Notes under the pieces: model-generated | The model's database searches: none | Told to the model about the DNA's origin: nothing | The model's input: only the letters and a program-made list of their open reading frames with translations | Shown here: positions 1-11,013 of the stretch, piece by piece | Layout of the letters: each line of letters starts with the position of its first letter | Position numbering within the stretch: position 1 is the first letter of the stretch | Position numbers and translations under genes: made by a program | NCBI GenBank assembly: GCA_043822305.1 | Contig: JBDRBU010000051.1 | Location: forward strand, 1-38,699 | Direction of reading: 5' to 3' | DNA: 38,699 nucleotides | From: Candidatus Firestoneibacteriota bacterium | GTDB lineage: Bacteria; Oederibacteriota; D2-FULL-39-29; JBDRBU01

Positions 1-72
1 GCTATATCCTTTTGCTAAATTGCGGCTGAGTTCTTCTCGTTCATTAATATTTATTCGTTTATAGTTCTTCAT
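1..72 (-). CDS. IS30-family transposase, N-terminal fragment (runs off window edge)
   Basis: Manual translation MKNYKRININEREELSRNLAKGYS matches the IS30 N-terminal HTH pattern (Y..L...ER..I...L..G.S); GGAGG SD upstream. Only 24 codons visible. Confidence 0.65.
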   Translation of the reverse strand, partial: MKNYKRININEREELSRNLAKGYS

Positions 73-133
73 ATGCAACCTCCTTCTTGTACTTTATTAT
101 ACAAGATTTAGTGTTGCATTAGAAGATTGAAGG
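1..133 (-). mobile_element. Left end of a probable IS30-like insertion sequence
   Basis: GTGTTGCATTAGAAGATTGAAGG (111-133) resembles IS30-family terminal repeats and lies just upstream of the transposase start; partner end is outside the window. Confidence 0.5.
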
Positions 134-175
134 TTCCCAGACCCTAGTTTTTTTCGTGCCTTTATACCTTGTCTA

Positions 176-1000
176 TCATACACCTGAAAAAGCGTTAAAT
201 CCACCATCAACAGGGATAACTGTTCCTGTCACAAATTTAGAAGCATCGGAGGAAAGCCAGATACATGTACCTACAAGTTCAGAATCTTCTCCAAATCTTC
301 CCATAGGTGTATGTTTTATTATTAATTCACCTCTTGGTGTTAAATTTCCTTTTTCATCAATAAGTAAATATTTGTTTTGCGGAGTTAAAAAAAATCCTGG
401 AGCAATAGCATTCACTCTTAAATTTTTATTGTACTCAGAAGCAAAATGAACAGATAACCATTGAGTAAAATTACTTACGGCTGCTTTTGCAGCTGAATAC
501 CCGGGTATTCTTGTGAGTGGTCTAAAAGCATTCATAGATGAAATATTGATAATAGAACCACCTTCTTTATTTTTTATCATGCTTTTTCCAAATATCTGAG
601 AAGGCAAAATAGCCCCACCAAAAAGATTAAGTCCTATAACTTTTTCCAAAGCAGGAAGAGGTAGGTCAAAAAAACTTAAATCAGATGAAGTGGTTGCTTC
701 TTTCATATTACCACCAGCAGCATTTATTAGAATATCAATCCTGTTTAAATCTTTCAACACTTGTTCATGACAAACTTTAATTTTTTCTTTATCCATGACA
801 TCTATATAGTAACCTTTTACCGATAAACCCTTTTGACTTAGTTTATCTGCTACTTCATTAGCATTTTTCATATCACAGATAGAAACTTGAGCTCCAGCCA
901 TGGCCAAACCCTCAGATATTACTGAACCTAAAACTCCAGCCCCTCCAGTAATCACAGCTCGTTTACCAGTAAGATTAAACATTTTCAAACCTTCTTCCAT
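176..1000 (-). CDS. SDR-family oxidoreductase, D-mannonate oxidoreductase-like
   Basis: TGGAGVLG Rossmann motif, YSAAK catalytic motif, VNAIAPGFF and TPMGRFG; start placed at ATG 1000 after GGAGG. Confidence 0.85.
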   Translation of the reverse strand: MEEGLKMFNLTGKRAVITGGAGVLGSVISEGLAMAGAQVSICDMKNANEVADKLSQKGLSVKGYYIDVMDKEKIKVCHEQVLKDLNRIDILINAAGGNMKEATTSSDLSFFDLPLPALEKVIGLNLFGGAILPSQIFGKSMIKNKEGGSIINISSMNAFRPLTRIPGYSAAKAAVSNFTQWLSVHFASEYNKNLRVNAIAPGFFLTPQNKYLLIDEKGNLTPRGELIIKHTPMGRFGEDSELVGTCIWLSSDASKFVTGTVIPVDGGFNAFSGV

Positions 1001-1013
1001 TTTATCCTCCATT

Positions 1014-1064
1014 AAAATAGGTATCTATCCCTATTTTATTCCTATTTTATTCCCTATTTTATTC
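1014..1064 (-). repeat. Family-A variant hairpin plus three tandem 11-12 bp repeats
   Basis: Minus strand AAAATAG-GGATAGATAC-CTATTTT (1014-1037); (C)CCTATTTTATT x3 at 1029-1063. Confidence 0.65.
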
Positions 1065-1195
1065 ACATTTGCTGTCCAATAATTATCATTACCAAAAGAG
1101 TTTAATGTAAACAGTGAAATTATAATTAAAACATACTGAAAAATTAACAATTTATCAAACTTTACTTTAATCATAAACTCTTATCCCCTTTGGTA

Positions 1196-1672
1196 TCAAT
1201 CATTTTTATGCTTCTTTAAATTCTGTATTACAATTTTTGGGACAAATTCACTAACATTACCACCTAACATATAAATTTCTTTTATCATGCTTGAACTTAA
1301 ATAGATATACTCCTCAGAAGGCATCATATAAATAATTTCCATGTTTTTGTTTAACTTTCTATTGGTTAAAGCCATTTGAAACTCATATTCAAAATCAGAA
1401 ACAACACGTAATCCTCTCATGACAACATTACATTTAACTTTCTTCACATAATCTATTAACAATCCGTTAAATTTATCTACGGTGACATTCTTAAAATCTT
1501 TTGTAGCATCTTTAATCATCCTTACTCTTTCTTCAGCAGAAAATAAAGGTTTTTTATATGTATTTATAACTACGGCAATAGTCAAATGCTCAAAAACTCT
1601 TAACCCCCTTTTTATGATATCTAAATGCCCGTTTGTAATCGGGTCAAAACTTCCCGGATATATTGCTTTCAT
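1196..1672 (-). CDS. coaD: Pantetheine-phosphate adenylyltransferase
   Basis: YPGSFDPITNGHLDII, RGLR...DFEYE, SSSMIKE motifs. Confidence 0.97.
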   Translation of the reverse strand: MKAIYPGSFDPITNGHLDIIKRGLRVFEHLTIAVVINTYKKPLFSAEERVRMIKDATKDFKNVTVDKFNGLLIDYVKKVKCNVVMRGLRVVSDFEYEFQMALTNRKLNKNMEIIYMMPSEEYIYLSSSMIKEIYMLGGNVSEFVPKIVIQNLKKHKND

Positions 1673-1692
1673 AAATTGCCCACCTTTCTTTG

Positions 1693-1756
1693 GTAGTCGC
1701 AGGCTCTTTAGTCCTGTATCCGAGTATAACGAGTGGTACAGGGTTAGCCTGCGGTA
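1693..1756 (+). repeat. GTAG-type REP (family B) with a 38-bp hairpin nested in its loop
   Basis: GTAGTCGCAGGCT-[1706-1743]-TTAGCCTGCGGTA; uninterrupted copies at 14008, 29448 and 35381. Confidence 0.8.
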
Positions 1757-1757
1757 T

Positions 1758-2324
1758 TTACCCTTTTTTAATTAATAAAGTAATCTTTGTATCACCGTAT
1801 AATCTTTCTTTAAATATATAGAATTTATCAAGGTTGTCTATTAGCTCTTTTTTGTGATGTTTTACTACAATTAAGCCTTCTTTATTTATAATATCACTAT
1901 TTAACAGATTTTGCAATGTTTTTTTTACCAATCCTTTCAAATATGGTGGGTCTAAAATTATTATATTAAACTTGTTTGATTCCCCCTTAATAAAGGGGGT
2001 TAGGGGGTTGTTTAAAACCTTTTCAACATCACCTTTAATTACTTTACTTTTATCCTGAAAGTTCAAGTTATGTATATTTTCTTTTATTGCTTTTATACAT
2101 TTATGGTCATTATCCACAAATACAGTTTCTATGGCACCTCTGCTTATGGCTTCCAAGCCAATACTTCCTGTCCCTGCAAAAAGGTCTAATACTCTCGCAT
2201 CTACAATATCATACTTTAAAATCTCAAATAAAGATTGTTTCACTCTATCGCTTATTGGTCTTATCTCCAAATCAGATGGAAATTTTATCTTCCTGCTTTT
2301 TGCAATCCCTGATATTATTCTCAT
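1758..2324 (-). CDS. rsmD: 16S rRNA m2G966 methyltransferase
   Basis: MRIISG, LDLFAGTGSIGLEAISRGA, DPPY; coaD neighbour. Confidence 0.95.
   Translation of the reverse strand: MRIISGIAKSRKIKFPSDLEIRPISDRVKQSLFEILKYDIVDARVLDLFAGTGSIGLEAISRGAIETVFVDNDHKCIKAIKENIHNLNFQDKSKVIKGDVEKVLNNPLTPFIKGESNKFNIIILDPPYLKGLVKKTLQNLLNSDIINKEGLIVVKHHKKELIDNLDKFYIFKERLYGDTKITLLIKKG
1979..2012. repeat. Family-D hairpin (CCCCCTT..AAGGGGG) inside rsmD
   Basis: ATTCCCCCTTAATAAAGGGGGTTAGGGGGTTGTT; first 21 bp identical to the intergenic copy at 2356; encodes most of NNPLTPFIKGES. Confidence 0.85.
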
Positions 2325-2339
2325 TTTTATTCCTGTTAT

Positions 2340-2388
2340 TTAATTCCCCCTTTTAATTCCCCCTTAATAAAGGGGGCAGGGGGTTGTT
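2340..2388. repeat. Family-D hairpin, intergenic, with 13-bp tandem duplication
   Basis: ATTCCCCCTTAATAAAGGGGGCAGGGGGTTGTT (2356-2388); TTAATTCCCCCTT x2 at 2340-2365. Confidence 0.85.
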
Positions 2389-2394
2389 GTTGTT

Positions 2395-4476
2395 TTAACT
2401 TACCGTAACTAATTCCAAATCATCTTTTTTAAATCTTTTGTCAAAATATTTCTTAATTTTTTCATTTTCTTCTTTTAAAAACTCAGGATCTTCTTTAATT
2501 ATTTTAAATCCTTCCTTTCTGGCTATCTCAAGTATCTCTAAATCTTTCTTTAAATCAATTAACTTTAAATCAAGTTCGCCGTGTTGTTTTAACCCAAAGA
2601 GTTCACCAGGACCTCTTATCTGTAAATCTTCTTCAGCAATTTTAAATCCATCAGTTGTTTTCTCCATTATTTTTAATCTTCTACATCCTTCACTGGTAAG
2701 ATTAAAACTTGTTATTAAAAAACAGAAAGATTTTGAAGAACCTCTACCGACTCTTCCTCTTAACTGATGTAACTGAGCTAATCCAAACCTTTCAGCATGT
2801 TCAATTAAGATTATTGTAGCATTAGATACATCTATACCAACCTCTATAACTGTTGTTGAAACAAGAATATCAAATTTTCTATTTTTAAAATCATCCATTA
2901 TTTTGTTTTTCTCATCTGATGTTAATCTACCGTGAATAAGCCCTACCTTAAACTGATGAAAGACATTTTCTTGTAAATACTCTGCTTCTTTCTCTGCTGA
3001 TTTAAGGTCTAATTTAGACGACTCCTCGACTAATGGATAGACTATATATACTTGCTCTCCTATCTTTAATTTATTCTTTATGAATTCATACATATCATCT
3101 CGACGCTTCTCGCTTACCCACCTTGTATAAATGGGCTTCCTGCCAGGAGGCATTTCATCTAAAACTGATAAATCAGTATCTCCATAAAGAGTTAAAACCA
3201 ATGCTCTTGGAAAAGGTGTTGCGGTCATCATTAAACAATCAGGAAACATTCCTTTTGACTCTAAACTTAATCTCTGAAAAACTCCAAATTTATGCCTTTC
3301 ATCAATTATTATAAAACCTAAGTTATTAAATTCAACATCCTCTTGAATTAAAGCATGAGTTCCAATAACAAGATCAATTTCCTTGTTTTTAATTTTCTCT
3401 AAAACGGCTTTCCTTTCCTTAGATGTAAGTTTACTGGTAAGTAACACCATATTTTTATTATAACTAATTAGATTAAATAATTTAGTAAATGTATTAAAAT
3501 GTTGATCGGCAAGTATTTCTGTGGGAGCCATTATGGCTACCTGATATCCGCTCTCTAAAACAATTAGCAGTGAGATTAATGCAACTATGGTTTTGCCTGA
3601 GCCAACATCACCTTGCAATAATCTATTCATAGGACATTCATTAAAAAGGTCTTTTTTTATTTCTTCAATAACTCTTTCTTGAGCATTAGTTAAAGTAAAG
3701 GACAATTTTTTTATTAAATTATTTATATTAGAACTTTCCATAATATACTTCCTGTTTTTTATCTTTCTACCCAGATAAATCTTTCTTTTTGCGAGGAAAA
3801 GTTGTAGCATAAAAAGTTCATTAAAAACCAACCTTCGACGAGATTTTTCTAATTCTTCCAAACTATTTGGAAAGTGAATTTTTAAAATGGCTTCTCTAAT
3901 GCGATACAAATCATAAGTAGATAATAATCCAAATGGGAAAATTTCTTCAATACTATTCAAATGAGTATTTAACAGATGTCTGATTACATCTCTAAAAAAT
4001 TCATTGGTTAAAACTTTCGTGGACTTATAAAATCCAAGAATTTCACCCTTTTCTATTTGATTATTCTCATCATCAGTTATAAGTTCGTAACTGTCTTTTA
4101 CACCAATGATTTGTAATCCCCATCTTGTTTTTGTCAGGATATCATATATTAAGACTTTCATCCCTAATTTGAAAATGTGCTTTAAATATGGTCTGTTAAA
4201 CCATACCCAGGTTAAAGTAGATGTGCCATCATTCACCTCAATTTTTAGAATATTTATACCCCTTCTTTTTATTTCTTCAATATTAGTTATAACACCTTTT
4301 ATAAAAGATTTTTCGCTATCCTTTGCTCTGGCTATTGGAGTAATAAGACTCTGGCAAACATTCCATCTGGGAAAAAAATAAATTAAATCTTCAATACTAC
4401 TAATACCAATTCTTTTTAAAGAATTCTCTTTATATGGTCCAACTCCCTTTATGTATCTAATTTCAGATTCTTTCAT
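2395..4476 (-). CDS. recG: ATP-dependent DNA helicase RecG
   Basis: IKGVGP, RLLQGDVGSGKT, DERH, MTATP, HQLRGRVGRG; start set at MKESEIRY. Confidence 0.96.
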   Translation of the reverse strand: MKESEIRYIKGVGPYKENSLKRIGISSIEDLIYFFPRWNVCQSLITPIARAKDSEKSFIKGVITNIEEIKRRGINILKIEVNDGTSTLTWVWFNRPYLKHIFKLGMKVLIYDILTKTRWGLQIIGVKDSYELITDDENNQIEKGEILGFYKSTKVLTNEFFRDVIRHLLNTHLNSIEEIFPFGLLSTYDLYRIREAILKIHFPNSLEELEKSRRRLVFNELFMLQLFLAKRKIYLGRKIKNRKYIMESSNINNLIKKLSFTLTNAQERVIEEIKKDLFNECPMNRLLQGDVGSGKTIVALISLLIVLESGYQVAIMAPTEILADQHFNTFTKLFNLISYNKNMVLLTSKLTSKERKAVLEKIKNKEIDLVIGTHALIQEDVEFNNLGFIIIDERHKFGVFQRLSLESKGMFPDCLMMTATPFPRALVLTLYGDTDLSVLDEMPPGRKPIYTRWVSEKRRDDMYEFIKNKLKIGEQVYIVYPLVEESSKLDLKSAEKEAEYLQENVFHQFKVGLIHGRLTSDEKNKIMDDFKNRKFDILVSTTVIEVGIDVSNATIILIEHAERFGLAQLHQLRGRVGRGSSKSFCFLITSFNLTSEGCRRLKIMEKTTDGFKIAEEDLQIRGPGELFGLKQHGELDLKLIDLKKDLEILEIARKEGFKIIKEDPEFLKEENEKIKKYFDKRFKKDDLELVTVS

Positions 4477-4504
4477 TGACTTTTTAACTGATATTAGATA
4501 TAAT
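4476..4504 (+). promoter_or_regulatory. Sigma70-type promoter for rpmB
   Basis: TTGACT-17 nt-TATAAT. Confidence 0.7.
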
Positions 4505-4547
4505 TTATCATAAATATAAACAAAATTCAATTCAATTTGGAGGGATT

Positions 4548-4706
4548 ATGTCTAAAGTATGTGAAATCTGTGGTAAAGGTGCTATGGCCGTACACACTGT
4601 TTCTAATTCCAATAAAAAAGCAAACAGAAGAGCATTCCCTAACTTAAGAATATCAAAAGGCAGAAAAATCTGTGCTAAATGTTTAAAAGCGGGTAAACCT
4701 CATTAG
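4548..4706 (+). CDS. rpmB: 50S ribosomal protein L28 (52 aa; below ORF-track cutoff)
   Basis: MSKVCEICGK...VSNSNKKANRRAFPNL...ICAKCLKAGK; GGAGG SD; divergent from recG. Confidence 0.93.
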   Translation: MSKVCEICGKGAMAVHTVSNSNKKANRRAFPNLRISKGRKICAKCLKAGKPH

Positions 4707-4729
4707 AGAATTTTCTCTAACTTGGTAAA

Positions 4730-5113
4730 TCAATCTAAGACAGCGATAGCGTCTATTTCAATATCTACTTTTTTGGGTAAATTTGAAATCTCTACAGTTG
4801 TTCTTGCGGGAAAATCACCAGAGAAGTATTTTTCATAAACTTCATTTACAAACTTAAAATCATCTATTCTCTTTAGATATATTGTGGTTTTAACTATTTT
4901 ATCCATATGGCCGCCAGATGATTCCAATATTGCCTTTATATTATCCATAACTCTTTTTGTTTGTGCTTCAATTCCACTTAATATTAAACTACCTGTTACC
5001 GGATCAACAGGAATCTGTCCAGAGATAAATAATAGTTTATCTACCTTTACTGCCTGAGAATACGGTCCTATTACCTTTGGTGCATTTCTCGTATTTATAA
5101 TCTCTTTACTCAT
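4730..5113 (-). CDS. ridA: RidA/YjgF family reactive-intermediate deaminase
   Basis: APKVIGPYSQA, FISGQIP, FPARTTVEISNLPK. Confidence 0.92.
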   Translation of the reverse strand: MSKEIINTRNAPKVIGPYSQAVKVDKLLFISGQIPVDPVTGSLILSGIEAQTKRVMDNIKAILESSGGHMDKIVKTTIYLKRIDDFKFVNEVYEKYFSGDFPARTTVEISNLPKKVDIEIDAIAVLD

Positions 5114-5130
5114 CTTTCACCTCTCATGGT

Positions 5131-5201
5131 TAAAGGGGACAGCGACTATTAAATTTAAATAAAATAAAGGTCGCTGTCCCCTTTGTTGCCCCTTTGTTGC
5201 C
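5131..5201. mobile_element. Miniature family-A element (two inverted motifs, REPIN/MITE-like) with 11-bp tandem duplication
   Basis: AAAGGGGACAGCGAC (5132-5146) and its perfect reverse complement (5170-5184) around a 23-bp AT-rich spacer; CCTTTGTTGCC x2 at 5180-5201. Confidence 0.8.
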
Positions 5202-5202
5202 T

Positions 5203-5529
5203 TTACACTCCAATTTTATCAATAAAATATCCTAAAAGGATGCCAAGAATAATTGTCATAATACTCATTGGGATTAAACTCATCGGTTCTTTCCAAATTA
5301 CAAGAATTCCGACAGGAATAAGTAAAAGTATGGCTATGATTAAACCTTTCCATGCTCCTTTAACTTTCAAATTAGAAGTTGAAATCATAAATCCTGCAAT
5401 TACCCAAAGAGTAAATGCCGAAAGGTTTGCATCCCATGTTAGTTTTTGCAATATCATTGGAATTACATCTATAACACCTGCAATTATTCCAAGTAAAATT
5501 CCAATTAGAATTTTATTTTGTTTTATCAT
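5203..5529 (-). CDS. Small integral membrane protein (about 4 TM), function unknown
   Basis: 108 aa, four hydrophobic stretches. Confidence 0.75.
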   Translation of the reverse strand: MIKQNKILIGILLGIIAGVIDVIPMILQKLTWDANLSAFTLWVIAGFMISTSNLKVKGAWKGLIIAILLLIPVGILVIWKEPMSLIPMSIMTIILGILLGYFIDKIGV

Positions 5530-5538
5530 ATTTATTTA

Positions 5539-5615
5539 TGGTCGGGGTGCCCAGACTTGAACTGGGGACCCCTTGCGCCCAAGGCAAGTGCGCTAGCCAA
5601 CTGCGCTACACCCCG
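5539..5615 (-). tRNA. tRNA-Pro(TGG)
   Basis: CGGGGTGTAGCGCAGTTGG..., anticodon arm CTTGC-CTTGGGC-GCAAG, GTTCAAGTC T-loop, encoded CCA; 77 nt. Confidence 0.96.
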
Positions 5616-6213
5616 ACAGAAAACACTTCAACAATTTTTTAGATTTAACTAATGCTTTTGCACGATGACTGATTCTATTTTTCGTAGAAGGTTTCATCTG
5701 AGCAAATGTTTTTCTAAATCCTTTTGGTATAAATACAGGATCATACCCAAAACCATTTTTACCTAATTTCTTTTCGCTTATTCTCCCAAAACATTTTCCT
5801 TCTACATATTTAACTTTTCCATCAGGTTTGGCTAGGGCCATTACAGTCCTGAAGACTGCTTTTCTCTTAATCATATGAATACCCGAAAGAAGATTTAAAA
5901 GTTTTTGGTTATTATCATCATAACTACATCCCGAACCAGCAAATCTTGAAGAATAAACACCAGGCTTACGATTTAAATACACAACTTCAAGTCCAGTATC
6001 ATCGGCTAATGTTATTTTATTGGTAAATTTTGATATTATTTTAGCTTTCTTTATAGCATTTTGCTCTATTGTCTTACCCTTTTCTTTCACATTAGGAAAT
6101 CTCTTAAAATTACTTAAAGTTAATATCTTTATAGGAATACTTTTTAAAATTTTCTTAATCTCTTTTATTTTATCTTTATTTCTTGTGGCTAATACTATTT
6201 CCAAGTTTTTCAT
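5593..6213 (-). CDS. rdgB: Non-canonical purine NTP pyrophosphatase (RdgB/HAM1)
   Basis: [39 protein letters not shown]. Confidence 0.95.
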   Translation of the reverse strand: MKNLEIVLATRNKDKIKEIKKILKSIPIKILTLSNFKRFPNVKEKGKTIEQNAIKKAKIISKFTNKITLADDTGLEVVYLNRKPGVYSSRFAGSGCSYDDNNQKLLNLLSGIHMIKRKAVFRTVMALAKPDGKVKYVEGKCFGRISEKKLGKNGFGYDPVFIPKGFRKTFAQMKPSTKNRISHRAKALVKSKKLLKCFLSGCSAVG

Positions 6214-6935
6214 AACACCTTTTTACTTAATACTTTCTTTTGTGTGGAAATTATTTCTTTTGCACCTTTAGATGCTAACTTTAATAAGTCGGTCATATCA
6301 TTTTTACTAAATGGTATCTTTTCTGCTGTCCCTTGTATCTCTACGAATTTTTCTGAATCTGTCATGACAATATTCATATCAACTTCAGCTTTTGAATCCT
6401 CTTCGTAACAAAGGTCTAACATTTTTTCACCATTTACCACGCCAACGCTAACAGCAGCCACAAAGCCCTTAATAGGATTTTCCTCTATCATGCCCTTATT
6501 AATCAAATATCCTATTGCATCGGCTAAGGCAACAAATGAACCTGTAATAGCCGCCGTTCTTGTTCCTCCATCTGCTTGTATAACATCACAATCTATAAAA
6601 ATAGTTCTTTTCCCTAATTTTTCTAAATCAACAACTACCCTTAAACTTCTTCCTATTAATCTTTGTATTTCTTGAGTCCGACCCGCTATTTTACCTTTTG
6701 AATAATCTCTAATTACCCTTTCTGGAGTTGAACGTGGTATCATTCCATATTCTGCTGTTATCCATCCTTTTTGACCACTTTTCAAAAAATAAGGAACATC
6801 TTCAGTAACTGTAGCCGTACAAATTACCTTTGTTAAACCATATGCAATTAATACAGAACCTTCAGGATATTTTATATAATGCCTGACTATTTTTAAATTT
6901 CTTAATTCGTCATTTTCTCTGCCATCTATTCTCAT
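6210..6935 (-). CDS. rph: Ribonuclease PH
   Basis: [39 protein letters not shown]. Confidence 0.97.
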   Translation of the reverse strand: MRIDGRENDELRNLKIVRHYIKYPEGSVLIAYGLTKVICTATVTEDVPYFLKSGQKGWITAEYGMIPRSTPERVIRDYSKGKIAGRTQEIQRLIGRSLRVVVDLEKLGKRTIFIDCDVIQADGGTRTAAITGSFVALADAIGYLINKGMIEENPIKGFVAAVSVGVVNGEKMLDLCYEEDSKAEVDMNIVMTDSEKFVEIQGTAEKIPFSKNDMTDLLKLASKGAKEIISTQKKVLSKKVL

Positions 6936-6966
6936 CAAACAATCCTCCTTCGTTCAGCATCAATAA

Positions 6967-7764
6967 TTACTCCACATCTATTAGACTAATACTTTTTATA
7001 TTCTTTTTCAAGAAAAAAGTTCCAATCTTCTTAAATTTTTCCGGATCATCTGTAACATAAAACTTATAGTTTGGTTTTTTTCTTGCATTATTTAGCAAGT
7101 TTTTGCTTTTTAAAATCTTAACAACTGTTTGTGCCGTGAAAGTTCCAGAGTCTATTAATTTAACCTTAATGACTTTTTTAATAACATTTTTCAGGAACGG
7201 ATAATGTGTGCAACCTAAAATTAAAGTGTCTATGTTTTTATCTTTAAAATAAGATAAATACTTTTCTGCAACTAATGAAGGTATCTTCCCATTAAAGTAA
7301 CCTTCTTCAACTAAAGGGACAAATAAAGGACAGGACTTTCCATAGACGGTAATACTTTTATCCATTTTTTTTATTACCTTTAAATACGATAAACTCTGGA
7401 TAGTTGCCGTTGTTCCAATAACTCCCACTCTTTTAAGTAAGGTTTTTTCTTTGGCCGCCTTAGAACCTGGTTCAATTACACCAATTATTGGAACACGGAA
7501 AATTTTTTGTAATGTCTTTAAACTTAAAGCTGATGTAGTATTACAGGCTATGACCACAATCTTAACATTTTTTCTAAGTAAAAACTCAATATTTAATGTA
7601 GCCAGTCTTGTTACTGTTTCTTTTGATTTTGAACCGTAAGGTAGATGTTTTGTATCTCCAAAATATATTATATCCTCATAAGGTAAGAATTTAATTATTC
7701 CCCTTAAAACAGTTAAACCACCAAGACCTGAATCAAATACTCCTATCGGATTGTTTTTATTCAT
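6967..7764 (-). CDS. murI: Glutamate racemase
   Basis: IGVFDSGLGGLTV, IACNT, LGCTHYP. Confidence 0.97.
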   Translation of the reverse strand: MNKNNPIGVFDSGLGGLTVLRGIIKFLPYEDIIYFGDTKHLPYGSKSKETVTRLATLNIEFLLRKNVKIVVIACNTTSALSLKTLQKIFRVPIIGVIEPGSKAAKEKTLLKRVGVIGTTATIQSLSYLKVIKKMDKSITVYGKSCPLFVPLVEEGYFNGKIPSLVAEKYLSYFKDKNIDTLILGCTHYPFLKNVIKKVIKVKLIDSGTFTAQTVVKILKSKNLLNNARKKPNYKFYVTDDPEKFKKIGTFFLKKNIKSISLIDVE

Positions 7765-8275
7765 TTTAATTCCACTGGCTCACTAATATCTATATGCCCA
7801 GAAATTGTGTTAATTTCCTGTCCATCTATTAAAAATTTAACACTGTTAATTTGTTCAAAGTTAGTTGTAAGTGTTTTAATTATAGAATTAATAGTATTTA
7901 ACTCTCCTGCGGTTCCTCCAGGGTGATTGTCTATTAATCCTTTATTAAAATCAATGTAAGCACATTTATTATTATCTATGTACAATTCCCTTAATATTGT
8001 TGAAGATGGAATAGCAGATATTAAAGTACTCTTTTGCGGACCCTTTATTAACTCAAGCATACATATCTTTGCATCTTCAAGAATTGTTTTATCAGTAATG
8101 ATTTCCCTGTTTTCATTATTTAAATTGCCGTCTTCATTAACAAAAAATAACTTTACACTCTTTCTCTGGGTAGTATATTGAATAGCGGTTTCTTTATTTG
8201 GGTATAAAACTAATTTAATTAGCTTAAACAATATATACAAAGAAAGCACACATATTAAAATTATTAATACTTTTT

Positions 8276-8279
<4 letters not shown>
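7761..8279 (-). CDS. GerMN-domain membrane-anchored protein
   Basis: N-terminal TM; ELIKGP, YIDFN, SIIKTLT, VKFLIDG...GHID; typical position between amidase and murI. Confidence 0.85.
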
Positions 8280-10296
<2,017 letters not shown>

Positions 10297-11013
10297 CTAT
10301 CTTAATAAATTTCTTGTTTTTTCTAAGTTTTTCCTAGCTTTCTCATTATTTGGGTCAAGTTTCAAAACCTGCTCCCATAGTTCTATCGCTTCATTTATTT
10401 TGCCTTGTTTATAATATTTTAAACCCATATAATATAATCCAGAAACTTTTTTTTCATCAACAGTTTTTTCTTTTTTTACCTTCGTGATACCAGAGGGTGC
10501 GGGGTTTACCCACGCACCACCAGAGGGTGCGGGGTTTACCCACGCACCACCAGAGGGTGCGGGGTTTACCCACGCACCACCAGAGGGTGCGGGGTTTACT
10601 TTTTTTACTTCTTCTGCTTCTTTTACTTCTTTACCGGTCTTTTTTATAAAAGTTAAAATCTGCTTATTGTCAGGAGAAAGTGATAGCGCTTGTTTCCATT
10701 CTTCAACTGCTTTTTTAAAATCTCCTTTCCGATAGTAACACAATCCATTCTCAAAGAAATCCTTTATTATAGTGTTAAAAGAATCTTTCTGGTATTCTAT
10801 AAACTTCTCTTCTTCTAAAATCTTAAGATATTTAATAGACAGCTCATAACCTTGGCAAAACTCTAATGACTTTTGCCATTCTGCTTTTGCTTTATCTAAT
10901 TCACTATTCTTATAATAATCCAACCCTTTTTCATAATGAATCTTAGATAAATCAGATGTTTCTTGCGAATACGAAAAACTAATAAAACAAACTATAAATA
11001 ATGCAATTTTCAT
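10297..11013 (-). CDS. Secreted TPR protein with internal decapeptide tandem repeat
   Basis: Signal peptide; three TPR-like units (G..YY..G....A...W...L...P.N); (VNPAPSGGAW)3.7 insert. Confidence 0.85.
   Translation of the reverse strand: MKIALFIVCFISFSYSQETSDLSKIHYEKGLDYYKNSELDKAKAEWQKSLEFCQGYELSIKYLKILEEEKFIEYQKDSFNTIIKDFFENGLCYYRKGDFKKAVEEWKQALSLSPDNKQILTFIKKTGKEVKEAEEVKKVNPAPSGGAWVNPAPSGGAWVNPAPSGGAWVNPAPSGITKVKKEKTVDEKKVSGLYYMGLKYYKQGKINEAIELWEQVLKLDPNNEKARKNLEKTRNLLR
10489..10599. repeat. 30-bp GC-rich tandem repeat x3.7 (family-E hairpin)
   Basis: Unit ACCAGAGGGTGCGGGGTTTACCCACGCACC, perfect copies. Confidence 0.95.

Noticed and set aside
5131..5184. Simple Rho-independent terminator
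   Set aside because: The loop is long (23 nt), there is no clean U-tract, and the arms are identical to the RAYT terminal repeats; a secondary terminator role is not excluded.
10489..10599. CRISPR array
   Set aside because: The 30-bp units are directly adjacent with no unique spacers, lie in frame in a CDS, and no cas genes are present.
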